Origin: Emiliania huxleyi CCMP1516
Taxonomy: Eukaryota
Assembly (NCBI RefSeq): GCF_000372725.1
Contig: NW_005201338.1
Coordinates: 42,041 to 106,040, forward strand
DNA: 64,000 nt
Direction of reading: 5' to 3'
Of this stretch, positions 11,824-33,726 are shown piece after piece (the first letter of the stretch is position 1; each line of letters opens with the position of its first letter). The notes beneath the pieces are model-generated. The model was not told the DNA's origin and ran no database searches. It saw only the letters and a program-made list of their open reading frames with translations. A program made the position numbers and the translations under genes.

Positions 11824-11939
11824 TCCTCGCCCAGGGGGTCGGGAGCGGGGTCGCCGGAGGCGGAGTCAGCGGGATCAGGCATCCTCGCCCAGGGGGTCGG
11901 GAGCGGGGTCGCCGGAGGCGGAGTCAGCGGGATCAGGCA
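11824..11939. repeat. 58-bp tandem duplication
   Basis: TCCTCGCCCAGGGGGTCGGGAGCGGGGTCGCCGGAGGCGGAGTCAGCGGGATCAGGCA occurs twice. Confidence 0.9.
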
Positions 11940-12156
11940 GAGAGGACGAAACGGTGGCGGGGCCGCGGCCAAAGAAGGCTAGGAGGGGAGGTCGGGCCCC
12001 ACGGTCATCGCGTAACCATCGGAAGGCGAACAGGAGGGAGGACCGAGGGGAGGGAGGGCCCCCCTCGGAGGGGGGGTGAGGAGACCGTGCGCGGAGCGGG
12101 GGGAGTTCCGAGCGGTGCAGTCAGTGAGGAATGGGTGTGTTGTCGTGCTAGAGTCT

Positions 12157-12393
12157 GGTGTCTACTAGCCCCGAGTAGAGGGGGCGTTCCGCTGCTAGGG
12201 GAAACCCGGAGCGCAGAGCTAACCCTCGGGGACCCGTGTTTACTTTAAGGCCCTTTCCCTGCGAACGCGCACCCCCGGGGCTAGGGCTCTCTTGCCCGCA
12301 ACCCGATCCCGATCATCCGGCCCGCTGGGTGCGCTTCTTAGCTCCCCGGCCCTGGATGTGAGGCTGATGACCGCACTCCAAGTGCTCCAAGTG
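12157..12393 (-). repeat. ~235-bp dispersed repeat, copy 1 (inverted relative to 17388..17624)
   Basis: Reverse complement aligns along its length with 17388..17624, with scattered substitutions. Confidence 0.85.
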
Positions 12394-12421
12394 CGGGACC
12401 GGGCGAGGCACTCCCACGCCT

Positions 12422-12498
12422 CACGTAAACGCACAACCCCGGGCCCCGAAATCGCACATTGATGACAGTGACATGCAACACGGGGTCCCAGGGAAGGC
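12422..12498 (+). repeat. Dispersed repeat family D (second copy inverted at 42325..42396)
   Basis: CACGTAAACGCACAACCCCGGGCCCCGAAATCGCAC..CACGGGGTCCCAGGGAAGGC matches the reverse complement of 42325..42396. Confidence 0.75.
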
Positions 12499-13101
12499 TG
12501 AATAAGGTTTGCCTCTCGCACCCCGTCTCTTTTCCTTTCCTGTTTTCTCTACAGCGCCCTCTTTTCCTCTATTTTCCCGGGGAAAGCACAAATTTTCCGG
12601 GCTCTGAGCCGAGTCTGAGTGAGGCTGGTTGGTTTGGGCCCAAACAAAATCAGCCAAATCGGCAAAATACCCGATGGAGAGGGGGGTGGGGACGGCGGGG
12701 GCGGGGAGGGTGGTGGCGGGGAGCGGGAGGGCGGGGGTGGGGACGGAGGGGGTATTTTGCGGGTACCTGGAAAACCCCGGGTAATACCCGGTATGTTGTG
12801 CCCCCTCCTCGGTTTTGCCTCAGATTTTGCCCCAGACCAGCTCGCAGACTCATGGAAACTCGAGAGTTGCCAGAATGGAGCTCCAAAAACTCTCTGTTCC
12901 CTGGAAATTTCCGGAAACGCAAAGTGCTGGGGACGACGCTCTGTTTTCCTTTTTGTTTGCCGGAAAAGTATATGCAGGCCAACTCGTTGGCCAACTTGCT
13001 CAGATTCGAGATTGCAGTGGTTGTCCGCGGGGTGTGCTCCAGGCGGTCGTGGTACGTGGATCGCTGGATCCGATGTTTAGTTTATCCTACCTTCCTGCCT
13101 A

Positions 13102-13571
13102 CAGTGGGTTGCGGGCATTAAGAAAACAGGGGATTGCGCGGCACGCCGCCGGTTCTACGCCTTTCCACAGCCCTCATCCACCCCACGCCGTGGTTTCTTA
13201 GCTCCGGCCGGCACTCAAGCCAGAGCCGGCCCGACCGAAGGAAGGAGTTTTACTCGAGTAGGTGAGAGGTAAGCTGCGGTCCGCGAGGGCGATGCCAGAG
13301 TCTGCCGCCGAGTCGGCTCTCTGGATGTGACGGGAAGACGCACACACGCCTCCATCCACTCCACTCAGAACACCGCAGACTTGAAAAGTGACAAGTGCGC
13401 GCGCCGCAGGCGAAGAGAAATTTTGAGCTGCAGCTGGGGCTCCCGTTCACACTCGTATCTGGCCTTTTCTCGGGGCCGCGCCTGCGGCGCGCCGTGGTTT
13501 CTTAGATTTTTGCGGAAATCGCTTGGTAGGGTTTCTTAATGCCACGTTTTCTTAATGCCCGCAACCCACTG
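13102..13571. mobile_element. MITE, Tc1/mariner/pogo-type (470 bp)
   Basis: Perfect 26-bp TIRs CAGTGGGTTGCGGGCATTAAGAAAAC at 13102-13127 and 13546-13571. TA on both sides. No transposase. Confidence 0.9.
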
Positions 13572-13965
13572 TAGCTTCGGCTTCGAATTGCATGATCCAC
13601 ATCGCTCATCGGCTCCCGCACTGAAGAGTGAAGGTTGGTACTCTCCTGCAACCACAGTCCTTCCTGTGACAGTTATGGCAGGCCACTCTCAGCACTCAGG
13701 CCCTATTGTACAAGCACACCAGATCACCCACCCAGATCACCCACCACTTGGGGAGGGTTCTCTTCGTGATTTCTTTTTATGCTGTGATTCCGGCGTGAAG
13801 AGAGGGGGGAACCCGACCCACTACCCTACCTCCTCGGAGTGAGGGCCGCCAAGCAAAAAAGAAGATAGCTAGCTCGTCCGAAAAAAGAAACTGGTGGCTT
13901 GCGCTGCACGCCTCGTACCTACTGGGGAGCGCTTCACAGCTTCACTGCCTCGTTAGCCCCACGAT

Positions 13966-14702
13966 ATGTCCTCCCCTTCCTCCTCTCGTAAGCTGCCCAA
14001 CATCCTCATCGTCGGCACGCCCGGGACGGGCAAGAGCACCACCGCGCAGTACGTCGTGCAGGGCGCGCCGTCGATGCGGCACGTCGAGGTCGGCGCGCTC
14101 GTGAGGGAGAAGCAGCTGCACACGGGCTGGGACGCCGAGTACGAGTGCCACGTGCTCGACGAGGACCGGATCCTCGACGAGCTGGAGGAGGGCATGGAGG
14201 CCGGCGGCGTCATCGTCGACTTCCACGGCGCGGACCTCTTCCCCGAGCGGTGGTTTGACCTCGTCGTTGTGCTTCGCACCGACAACAGCGTGCTCTACTC
14301 GCGGCTGCAGAGCAGGCGAGCGTGGGCGAGGGTAGAGACCCTAGGCACCCCATACGCGCGCACCCTGCGCGTCTCGGCCAGCGATGATCCCAAAGCTTAG
14401 TGATACTCGGAGACGCATGACGAGTCGTGTTCAGCGGACTGAGGCCGAGCCGCCGTGACGGGCGGCGCCGGGCTGGCCGAGCCTGGCAGGCTGACCCCTC
14501 TAACCCCCGCCGCAGAAACTACTCGCAGAAGAAGCTGACCGAGAATGTGGAGGCCGAGATCATGCAGGTGATCCTCGATGAGGCGCGCGAGTCGTACGCG
14601 GAGGAGATCGTGCTCGAGCTCTCCTCGGACACGCTCGAGGCGCTCGAGGCGAACGTGCAGCGGATACTCCAGTTCATCGCCGCCTTCAAACCCGCCGCGT
14701 GA
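13966..14702 (+). CDS. AK6: Adenylate kinase 6 / Fap7 / CINAP (2 exons)
   Basis: PNILIVGTPGTGKST, VIVDFHGADLFPERWFDLVVVLRTDNSVLYSRL and ENVEAEIMQVILDEARESY. GC-AG intron 14316..14515 restores the frame. Confidence 0.95.
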
Positions 14703-15225
14703 GTCGGAGCCGCCCCCGACTGTTGTGCGGAGGACTCGAGGTGTCGTGGCGTTGATTAAAGTGAGAGGCTCGCAGTCGGCACCGGGTTGGAGTGCGATGC
14801 GACTTGCAACCTTTCGCGCCCTTTCCCCGGGTTAGGGGTTATCATAGAGTACTGTGCCGCTTTTTTTTGCCCTTTGCTCAAGCAAACAATGCTAGCTCCG
14901 TGTTTTGCTCGCCCCCGGCGCAGCCTGGAGCAGCCTGCAGGTGCAGCCTGATGCCTGCGTGTGCACGCCTGCTGCACGGTGAGAGAGAAGTTTTTAGGTA
15001 TGTTGAGAGAGAGAAGAGAGAAGTGTGTCGGTTGTCGTGTGTCTGTAGTCTGAGAAGTGCAAGTGGTCGGGTAGTATATTGTGCTCTATTGTGTGCTCTT
15101 GTGTTGGAGCGTCGTCGAGCTCTGCCTCTGGGCAACCCCAGGGCATACAGCTTACAGGACCAAGGCTATTTCGCGCTCGGTCATTTTTTCTCTCTCTTTG
15201 CAAAGGGGGAAGAAATCACCGCCGC

Positions 15226-16110
15226 ATGCGCGTCTTGCTGCCGCCGTCAGTCGCCTCGAACCCAAAGTTTGTCCGGCAGCTCCACGAGGCGCAGCGGATG
15301 CAGCAGGAGCTCCTCCGGTCTGATCCACCGCTCACCACCAGTTTGGCTCGCCACCTCGAGCTGCTGCCCGAGAGCGTGCACGCAGAGGCGAGGCGGCTGG
15401 GTGCGCTGTTGGCAGAGGTACTCGGCCTGCCTCCGGACGCGCCGCTCGAGCAGCTCCACCGCGCCATCGACGGCTTCTCCCCAGCAAGGCGGGCGCACGA
15501 TCGCGTCATGAGCTCCAAGCGAAGACTGTGCGCACCGCTCGCCGACGCAGCGCAGGCGGCGCTGCTGCAAGGGGCCTATGACCGGCTCATCTGTGAGACA
15601 ATCGCACCCTTCGTTGCGAACCGTTCGCCCGGCCTTGAGCGACTGCACTACGCAACCTTCCCGACGCTGCGCGTGCAGACGCCTTCGTCGTCGGTCGCCA
15701 CGATCCGACCACACCTGGACGGCATGTACGGCCTGGAGCCCGGTAGCCTCAACGTCTGGCTGCCTCTCACCGAGGTCCGGGAGGTTTCCGCGCTGTGGGT
15801 GGAGCAGTCGGTCGGGACGAGCGACTTTCGGCCGATCCGGCGGCCGACGCTCTTTGACGGCCGACGAAGCGTTCACTTCACGGTGCCGAACCGCTCGCGA
15901 CTCACGAGAGTATCGCTCGACTTTCGGCTAGTGCCTGGCAGCTGCTTTGACGAGGAGTCGCGACTCGCCCGGCAGGGATACTACTCGACAGCCAGCGTCG
16001 ACAGACACACCTCACGGTGGGTCAAGACATCCCACGGCCGGGTGTCGGAGCTGCACGGGCTGCCCCACACAGCAAAGCCGCGAATTACGGCCGCAGCCTG
16101 TGTATCTTGA
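15226..16110 (+). CDS. Putative Fe(II)/2-oxoglutarate-type dioxygenase (StrG/PhyH-like)
   Basis: PTLRVQ..PHLDGMYG..LNVWLPLT..FDG..VHFTVPN..TRVSLDFR gives the HxD..H..RxS pattern. Confidence 0.65.
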   Translation: MRVLLPPSVASNPKFVRQLHEAQRMQQELLRSDPPLTTSLARHLELLPESVHAEARRLGALLAEVLGLPPDAPLEQLHRAIDGFSPARRAHDRVMSSKRRLCAPLADAAQAALLQGAYDRLICETIAPFVANRSPGLERLHYATFPTLRVQTPSSSVATIRPHLDGMYGLEPGSLNVWLPLTEVREVSALWVEQSVGTSDFRPIRRPTLFDGRRSVHFTVPNRSRLTRVSLDFRLVPGSCFDEESRLARQGYYSTASVDRHTSRWVKTSHGRVSELHGLPHTAKPRITAAACVS

Positions 16111-16339
16111 GATGTGCCTGTGAAAAGAAGCCTGTATGAAGGCGGGATATAGGCAAAAAATAAACAGCACACGTTGCGAGCGTCTGATGTATGTGCGCGG
16201 CCGGCGTGTGACTCGCGTGGTGTCAACCATAGTCTGAGCACTGAGGGTATCCTATAAAAGTTCGGCCGATTTGGGTCAAAACGCTAAAAGCACGGTTTGT
16301 CTACAAAGAAGTAGGCGGGCACTTGTTTTCTCTTTGTCC

Positions 16340-16625
16340 TGTGTTAGTGTCAGTGCGCGCCAGTGGTCCCGTGCCTAGTGTTGTGTGAGAGAGAGTACCA
16401 TGCGGAATCGAAGAAAGAAAACAGACAATTCAACGATGGGAGGAGGACGCACGCCGCCACCACACAGGGATTGTAAGGAGAGGGGTGTGTGATGCGCTAG
16501 CCGTCGCCCACCCTCGGGCGTCTACCTCTTCGTATCTCTCTTCGCAGGTTCGCGCCAATTCTCGCAGCAAAAAGAATGAAAGAAGACAGAGAACCAGGGA
16601 GGGATGGGAGGACGGCACGCCCGCA
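16340..16625 (+). repeat. Repeat family A copies
   Basis: GTGTTAGTGTCAGTGCGCGCCAGT..AAAGAAAACAGACAA..GCCGCCACCACACAGGGATT..GATGCGCTAGCCGTCGCCCACCC, matching 19880-20246. Confidence 0.8.
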
Positions 16626-16658
16626 GCACAATTCTATGTATGTATGTAGTAAGGTGAA

Positions 16659-16774
16659 GAACAGTCAGGCTCGGACTGGACACCAACGCGGTATGGGTGG
16701 ACGCAAGACAGATGATGACGACACGCACGAGCGACACACAGACACAAACAAGCTCACAAGACACACAGCCAGCG
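16659..16774 (+). repeat. Dispersed repeat family B, copy 1
   Basis: Nearly identical to 54583..54702 (GAACAGTCAGGCTCGGACTGGACACCAACGCGGTATGGG..ACACACAGCCAGCG). Confidence 0.9.
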
Positions 16775-17387
16775 GGCTGCCACACATCCTGAGTGGGCGT
16801 ACACATCACTCAGGCCACGTCCCCCCTGTCGCCCCCCCCAGCACTCCAAGGTGCCAAGAGACAAACAACAGCACAACAACACAGACAGGCGACAGGGGCG
16901 AACGTGTGATGAGACTAGAGCAGGTTTGCTCCGCCTCTAGCAATCTCGTCGCCGGCCGCAAGGCACGGACGAGACCGTGTGTGGGGTCTTGTGAGGTGTC
17001 TATGGACGCCCTCCTCACAGGCTATTGGCCAGCCGCTAGCCCTAACTCGCACTCATGGGTGACGACAGTTCATTGGATGAGTGGTTGCGAGCAGAGGCGC
17101 GTGTGCTGAATCTAGATCGCACGCCGCGGCATATGACTTGGGTAGGCGTGCGACCGCAGCGCGCCCGCCGAAGGCTCGACCGGGCACGCGTGTCAGCCAG
17201 AACTTTGCCAGTAGAGCGATCCTGGTCTTTCCGAAGACGAGCCCCGCGCCATAGGTGCCAGCCGTGCCTCCGCGGGAGCCGCCTCTCGAGCCGCGTCCCG
17301 CCGGCACTGTCCCTGAGTGCGTCCCGCCTTGGTTGGCGACACGCACTCGACGAGGGCAGACAATTCTCTCAGCGACCTTCACGCCCA

Positions 17388-17624
17388 TACTTGGAGCACT
17401 TGGAGTGCAGTTATCAACCTCACATCCAGGGCCAGGGAGCTAAGAAGCGCACCCAGCGGGCCGGATGATCGGTGTCGGGTTACGGGCTAGAGAGCCCTAG
17501 CCCCGGGGGTGCGCGTTCGCAGGGAAAGGGCCGTAAAGTAAACACTGGTCTCCGAGGGTTGGTTCCGTGTACCGGGTTTCCCCTTAACTTCAGAACGCCC
17601 CCTCTACACGGAGCTAGTAGACAC
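17388..17624 (+). repeat. ~235-bp dispersed repeat, copy 2
   Basis: Matches the reverse complement of 12157..12393. Confidence 0.85.
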
Positions 17625-19879
17625 GACGCTGTACACCACGCACGTACACAGGTCCTCACTCAGCATCCCGTCCCAGGGTTCCACTGCCCGACTTCCCGGG
17701 GCTCCGGTTCTCCCTGATTCGCTCTTTTATTCGCCAGCCGAGCGTCGCCTGACGGTCGCTCCATACGATTCTTTGGCGCCCTTGGTTTCCCACTGCCAAT
17801 CGCAGCGTGTCGCGCAGCCCCCAATGCCCGACGTCGCCTATGGGACACCTGTGGCCGACACGGGGCCTGTGCCGCTCGGAACGCCCGTCTACCCGCCACC
17901 CCCTGTCTCACCAGCGGCAGCGGCGCCGGCCGTCAACCAGTGCGCTGCTTCGCAGCTCTCTGATCACACCGAGCGCACGATGCACTCGCGCGAGCGCTTT
18001 TGATCGTAGGCACGCCTTTGGTGGTCGCGACGACTATTCACGCCCTTTGCCGATGCGTGTTGGAGGCTGCGGCGTCAAGAGGCATATTGGAGGCCGCGTC
18101 TTGCTCCCCGACTGGCTCCACGTCTCGGGTTGCTGTGCGACGCTAACGGTCGACACGCGCGAGATGCTGCAGCCTGACCATCCGCACGGCGCGGAATTCG
18201 TCATCGGATCGCAATGCGGCGTGCGCGCATTTGCAGGCCGCGTTTCCGGATCCCGAGTCCACTGACGCGCGTGCCACCGCGAGCAGGTAGCTTGTGCCCG
18301 CCGTACTTTTGCTGCTCGTCGCTCACGCTGCTCGTCTCGCCCGACCGGCCCGCCTCCGCCGCGCCACCGGTGGGCTGCTGCTGCTGCTGCTCCGGTCCGG
18401 AGGGATGCGAGAGAGCGCCCCACAGCCCGTGCTTAGACAGAGAGCAGCCTGCTCTGGGTGGTGGCTTCCTTTGATGGTGCCTTGGTGAATGGGCGCGTCT
18501 CCCCTCGGCCGTGCAGGCCTGACCGTCGTCAAGTCGGACCAGCGAGCCGGCGGACGCGCCGCGCCGCCCCAGTCGCGCGCGGGCGCCATGCACGTGGGCG
18601 GGAGCGGCTGCTGCTCGACGGCGTGCCGCACACGCCTCGGGGCCCAGCACGCCGCAGAACGCTTCAGCGCTCGCCTCTGCGGTGCTGCCACGCCACTGCG
18701 CTCCCCCCCCCCCCCCTCCCCCACGCGGCAGGCGCGCGTGCTGCTGCTCGACCTCGGCCAGCCCCACGGCGCACCAAGCAGCCTCGGGCTCCTCTGACCG
18801 CGGTCGGCTCGGCCTGTCGCCCGCGGCTAGCCCGCCTCCCCAAGGGGAGGCGCCTTCTCCGCCGGACGGTCCCGGCGACCACCGAGGAGACGGCGGTAGC
18901 CGCGCGCAGTCAAGTACATACATGCTGTGGTAGAGAGAGACCGCCCCGCGCGCCGACACGACGCCAGTAACGCCGCCGACGTCTCTGATACGTTTATATA
19001 CTTGTGTACTCGAGGCAGTGGACCATGGTAGTGGCGATTGGCCCTATGGCCCAGTCGCCGGCTAGCGTTTCTTGCTTGCGCGCGTTTTTTGTGAAGAGAG
19101 AGGGCCAGTGTTGCCATCTGACTGTCGCCGTCGTCTCTGAAAGTCCTTTTCTTTGTCCAAGTCGCAAGTGAGTGTTAGTGCCAGTGCGCGCCAGTCCCGT
19201 GCCCAGTGCGCAGAGCGCAGTGTGAGCAGTGTTGTGAGAGACCTGCACTTGGAAAATTGGAGTGCGTAAAGCGTGTGGATGCTGGGTTCAACAAAATCGG
19301 AGGACGCGACCCACTTCGCCACAGACGGTCCCGCGCCTCGCCGCTAAGACGGGTACACGACCGCGGCTTGTGTGCGTGTACCCGTCTTTGTCCGGAGTGA
19401 AAAGTCCAACGCGCTCGTCGGTGACGGCTTCCTCCAACCTGCGCCGCGCTCGGCGAACCTCGACAGCGCTTTCGGTGGCATGCAGCTCTTTGCGACAGAA
19501 GCCTGGAGAGCAGCTCCTCTGCTGCTCACACACTCTGCACAGCTGACACAGCCTACTGTGCGGCTGTCACAGCTGTGACAGCGATGGGCTCGCCCTCACT
19601 GGCCCTCAGTCACTTGTGCTGCGGCTTGTGTGAGCGACACTGCTCGGCGACTGCCGGCACACTGTGAGACCATGGGTGAGAGGTCAAACCACGCTACCAG
19701 CGCTTGGTCACATGGGCCCCGAGGTCAGATCCATCTACTCTGTTGATGACAAGACTTGTCTACCGGCTGGAGCCGAGCAGGAGGGCTTGGCGCACAACCC
19801 CTGTTCAACTCACCCTCCACACCCCGTACCTTATCACACGGCCGGCATGCCGACACCGCCACAATTATTTTTCGGTGTA

Positions 19880-20246
19880 CCTGTGTTAGTGCCAGTGCGC
19901 GCCAGTCCCGTGCCCAAAGAGAAAGAAAGAAAACAGACAAGGGAAGGGAGGGATGGGAGGACGGCACGCCGCCACCACACAGGGATTTTAAGGAGAGGGG
20001 TGTGATGCGCTAGCCGTCGCCCACCCTTGGGCGTCCGCCTCTTCCTTAAAGAAAGAAAGAAAACAGACAACCTAAGGGAGGGATGGGAGGATGGTACGCC
20101 GCCACCACACAGGGATTTTAAGGAGAGGGGTGTGATGCGCTAGCCGTCGCCCACCCTTGGGCGTCCGCCTCTTCCTAAAGAAAGAAAGAAACAGACAGCA
20201 AGGGAGGGATGGGAGGATGGTACGCCGCCACCACACAGGGATTTTA
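19880..20246 (+). repeat. Repeat family A, three tandem ~126-130-bp units just upstream of CSN5
   Basis: CCACACAGGGATTTTA ends at 19990, 20120 and 20246. Confidence 0.9.
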
Positions 20247-20342
20247 GGGGAGAAGTGTGGTCCGCCTCTTCCTATGCGACTAATGCGCCAGAAAATTCTT
20301 TTTCGCGTTCTGCCAAGCTGGCCGCCCCGCCATTTTGCGGGC

Positions 20343-21395
20343 ATGGCTGCGGGAGCATCGAGCGCTCAGGCGCGCTTCGAGCTTGAGAACGACATTCGGG
20401 CGGTGGATGCGGTCTACACGTACGACAATCCGCAGCAGCAAAAGTGGCTCTCCGCCAAGCCGTGGACGCGCGACCCGCGCTACTTCAAGAACGTGCGCAT
20501 CTCGGCGCTCGCGCTCATAAAGATGGTGATGCACGCGCGCGGGGGCGGCACCATCGAGGTGATGGGGCTGATGCAGGGCAAGATCGACCTCGACGACCCG
20601 CGCGGCCCGACCCTCATTGTGCTCGACGCGTTTGCGCTGCCGGTGGAGGCGACAGAGACGCGGGTCAATGCGATGGCGGACGCTTACGAGTACATGGTCG
20701 AGTTCCAGTCGCTGGCTCGCGAGGCGGGGCGCGCCGAGAACGTGATCGGCTGGTACCACTCGCACCCCGGCTACGGCTGCTGGCTCTCGGGCATCGACGT
20801 CAACACGCAGATGCTCAACCAGCAGTTCCAGGAGCCGTGGCTCGCCGTCGTCATCGACCCGACCCGTACCGCTTCGACGGGCAGGGTGGAGATCGGCGCC
20901 TTCCGCACCTACCCGCAGGGCTACAAGCCGCCCGAAGGCGCGCGTGACGAGTTCGAGTCGGTGCCGCTCGCCAAGATTGAGGACTTTGGCGCGCACCAGG
21001 ACCAGTACTACCAGCTCGAGATCTCCTTCTTCAAGTCGGCGTCCGACACGGCGCTGCTCAACACGCTGTGGAACAAGTACTGGGTCGCGACCCTCTCCTC
21101 CTCGCCCATCCTCGCCAACGCCGGCTACATGACCGACCAGCTCAAGGACCTCGCGGACAAGGTGGAGCAGGCGGACGGCCAGATTGCTCACTTTGGGCGC
21201 GGCGGCAGCTACCTCGGGATGGCGGAGCGGGCGCCCAAGGGCAAGGACGAGACGCAGCTCAAGAAGCTGGTCAAGGGCGCCTCCAAGCTCTCGCGAGAGC
21301 ACGTGCAGGGGATGATGCAGCAGATCCTCAAGGACAACATCTTCAACAAGAGCTCCGGCGCGGCGTCAGAGGCGGCCATGGACACCTCGTCGTGA
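20343..21395 (+). CDS. CSN5: COP9 signalosome subunit 5 (JAB1, JAMM metalloprotease)
   Basis: ISALALIKMVMHA, EVMGLMQG, GWYHSHPGYGCWLSGIDV and EIGAFRTYP motifs. Single exon. Confidence 0.97.
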   Translation: MAAGASSAQARFELENDIRAVDAVYTYDNPQQQKWLSAKPWTRDPRYFKNVRISALALIKMVMHARGGGTIEVMGLMQGKIDLDDPRGPTLIVLDAFALPVEATETRVNAMADAYEYMVEFQSLAREAGRAENVIGWYHSHPGYGCWLSGIDVNTQMLNQQFQEPWLAVVIDPTRTASTGRVEIGAFRTYPQGYKPPEGARDEFESVPLAKIEDFGAHQDQYYQLEISFFKSASDTALLNTLWNKYWVATLSSSPILANAGYMTDQLKDLADKVEQADGQIAHFGRGGSYLGMAERAPKGKDETQLKKLVKGASKLSREHVQGMMQQILKDNIFNKSSGAASEAAMDTSS

Positions 21396-21759
21396 GGCGC
21401 GCGCGTGGGGGGGGGGGGGGGGGGGACACGGCCCCTCGCTGTGGCCCCTTGCCGCGGGCCTGCGGCATCGCCGCCAAGTACACTGGTATGCGTGATGCCC
21501 GCCGAGCGCCGACGCACGCCACGGCGGCGCTCTCGTTCAAAGGAGTCCTGACGAGTGTACCGTTTCTTGTCTCGACTCTCACAGTACACCCAAAATAACG
21601 TAGAAGGTCAATGAGAGAGAAGGGGCAGAAGTGAGGCCGATCATCCATAAAGAACGGCGCGCGCATAATGGCCGATGTGTGTGCAACCATGCGGTGGGGG
21701 CGGGTCACGCTCACGGGGGCGGGCCACGGCCAGCGAGAGACGCGCCCCGGCTCGCTCGA

Positions 21760-32951
<11,192 letters not shown>

Positions 32952-33726
32952 TTGTATCCTTTCGCCTAAAGACTAGCGCATGCTGGAAGACAGCGCCGAG
33001 GGGGCAGCAGTAACGCGGAGAGTGCGGTGTTATTTCTTGTGGTCCTTTGCCCGTGCCGGGGAAAGAATTCTTAAGATACAAGCCTCTCTCACAGCACACT
33101 GGCACGACAAGGGCGCAGACTGGCGCGGACTGGCACACACACAGGCTCACCACCGGAGCCAGAAACAAAGAAGTTCCCGCCGGAGAACGTGCCAGGGGCC
33201 ACAAGGGGGGAAAGGGAGGTCGGCACGCCGCCACCCTCACCAGGGATAAAGAAAGAAAGAAATAAAACACGCGCCAAGTGCTCCAAGACAAACCAAACGA
33301 GGGATGGGAGGAGGACAAGGTCCCCACCTGAGAGAGAGATTTTAGAAAACCAACAAGAAATCACGACGCCCACCTCCACGAGCAGGATCTTCTAAGGACG
33401 ATCAGGGACACAGGGGAGGAACGGGAGAGAGAGTGGGGAGCGCATCGCGAGTTCGCGACACGGAGGGGGACTGGGCAGGGTTCACCCACACGACAGGGTC
33501 CCAGGGAAAGAAAGAAAGAAAGAAAACAGCCACCAAACGAGAGGGATGGGGAGGAGGACAGGGTCCACACCTGCACGAGCAGGATTTTGGAAGGACGATC
33601 AGGCGGGGCACAGGTGGGCTCTCCTGCTCCTGACAAAGTTGTCTCCCTCCACTGCCCCGATCGGAGTTTCTTTTTGTGTGCAAACGGGCCAGTGCGCCAC
33701 GAATACGGCGCCTCCGCCCCGATCCC

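Noticed and set aside
12357..12427. Hammerhead-like layout: GTGAGG-CTGATGA-stem(CCGCACT/AGTGCGG)...CCTCAC
   Set aside because: GAAA is replaced by GACC, there is no proper UH site, and the second copy of the repeat reads TTGATAA instead of CTGATGA.
16711..16792. C/D box snoRNA-like ATGATGA..CTGA
   Set aside because: The second copy of the repeat lacks the D box and there is no terminal stem.
18034..18959. Possible spliced minus-strand gene
   Set aside because: No recognisable domain, and I could not build a consistent exon model.
19538..19577. Hairpin CACAGCTG..ACAGCC..GGCTGT..CAGCTGTG
   Set aside because: An isolated palindrome with no supporting context.
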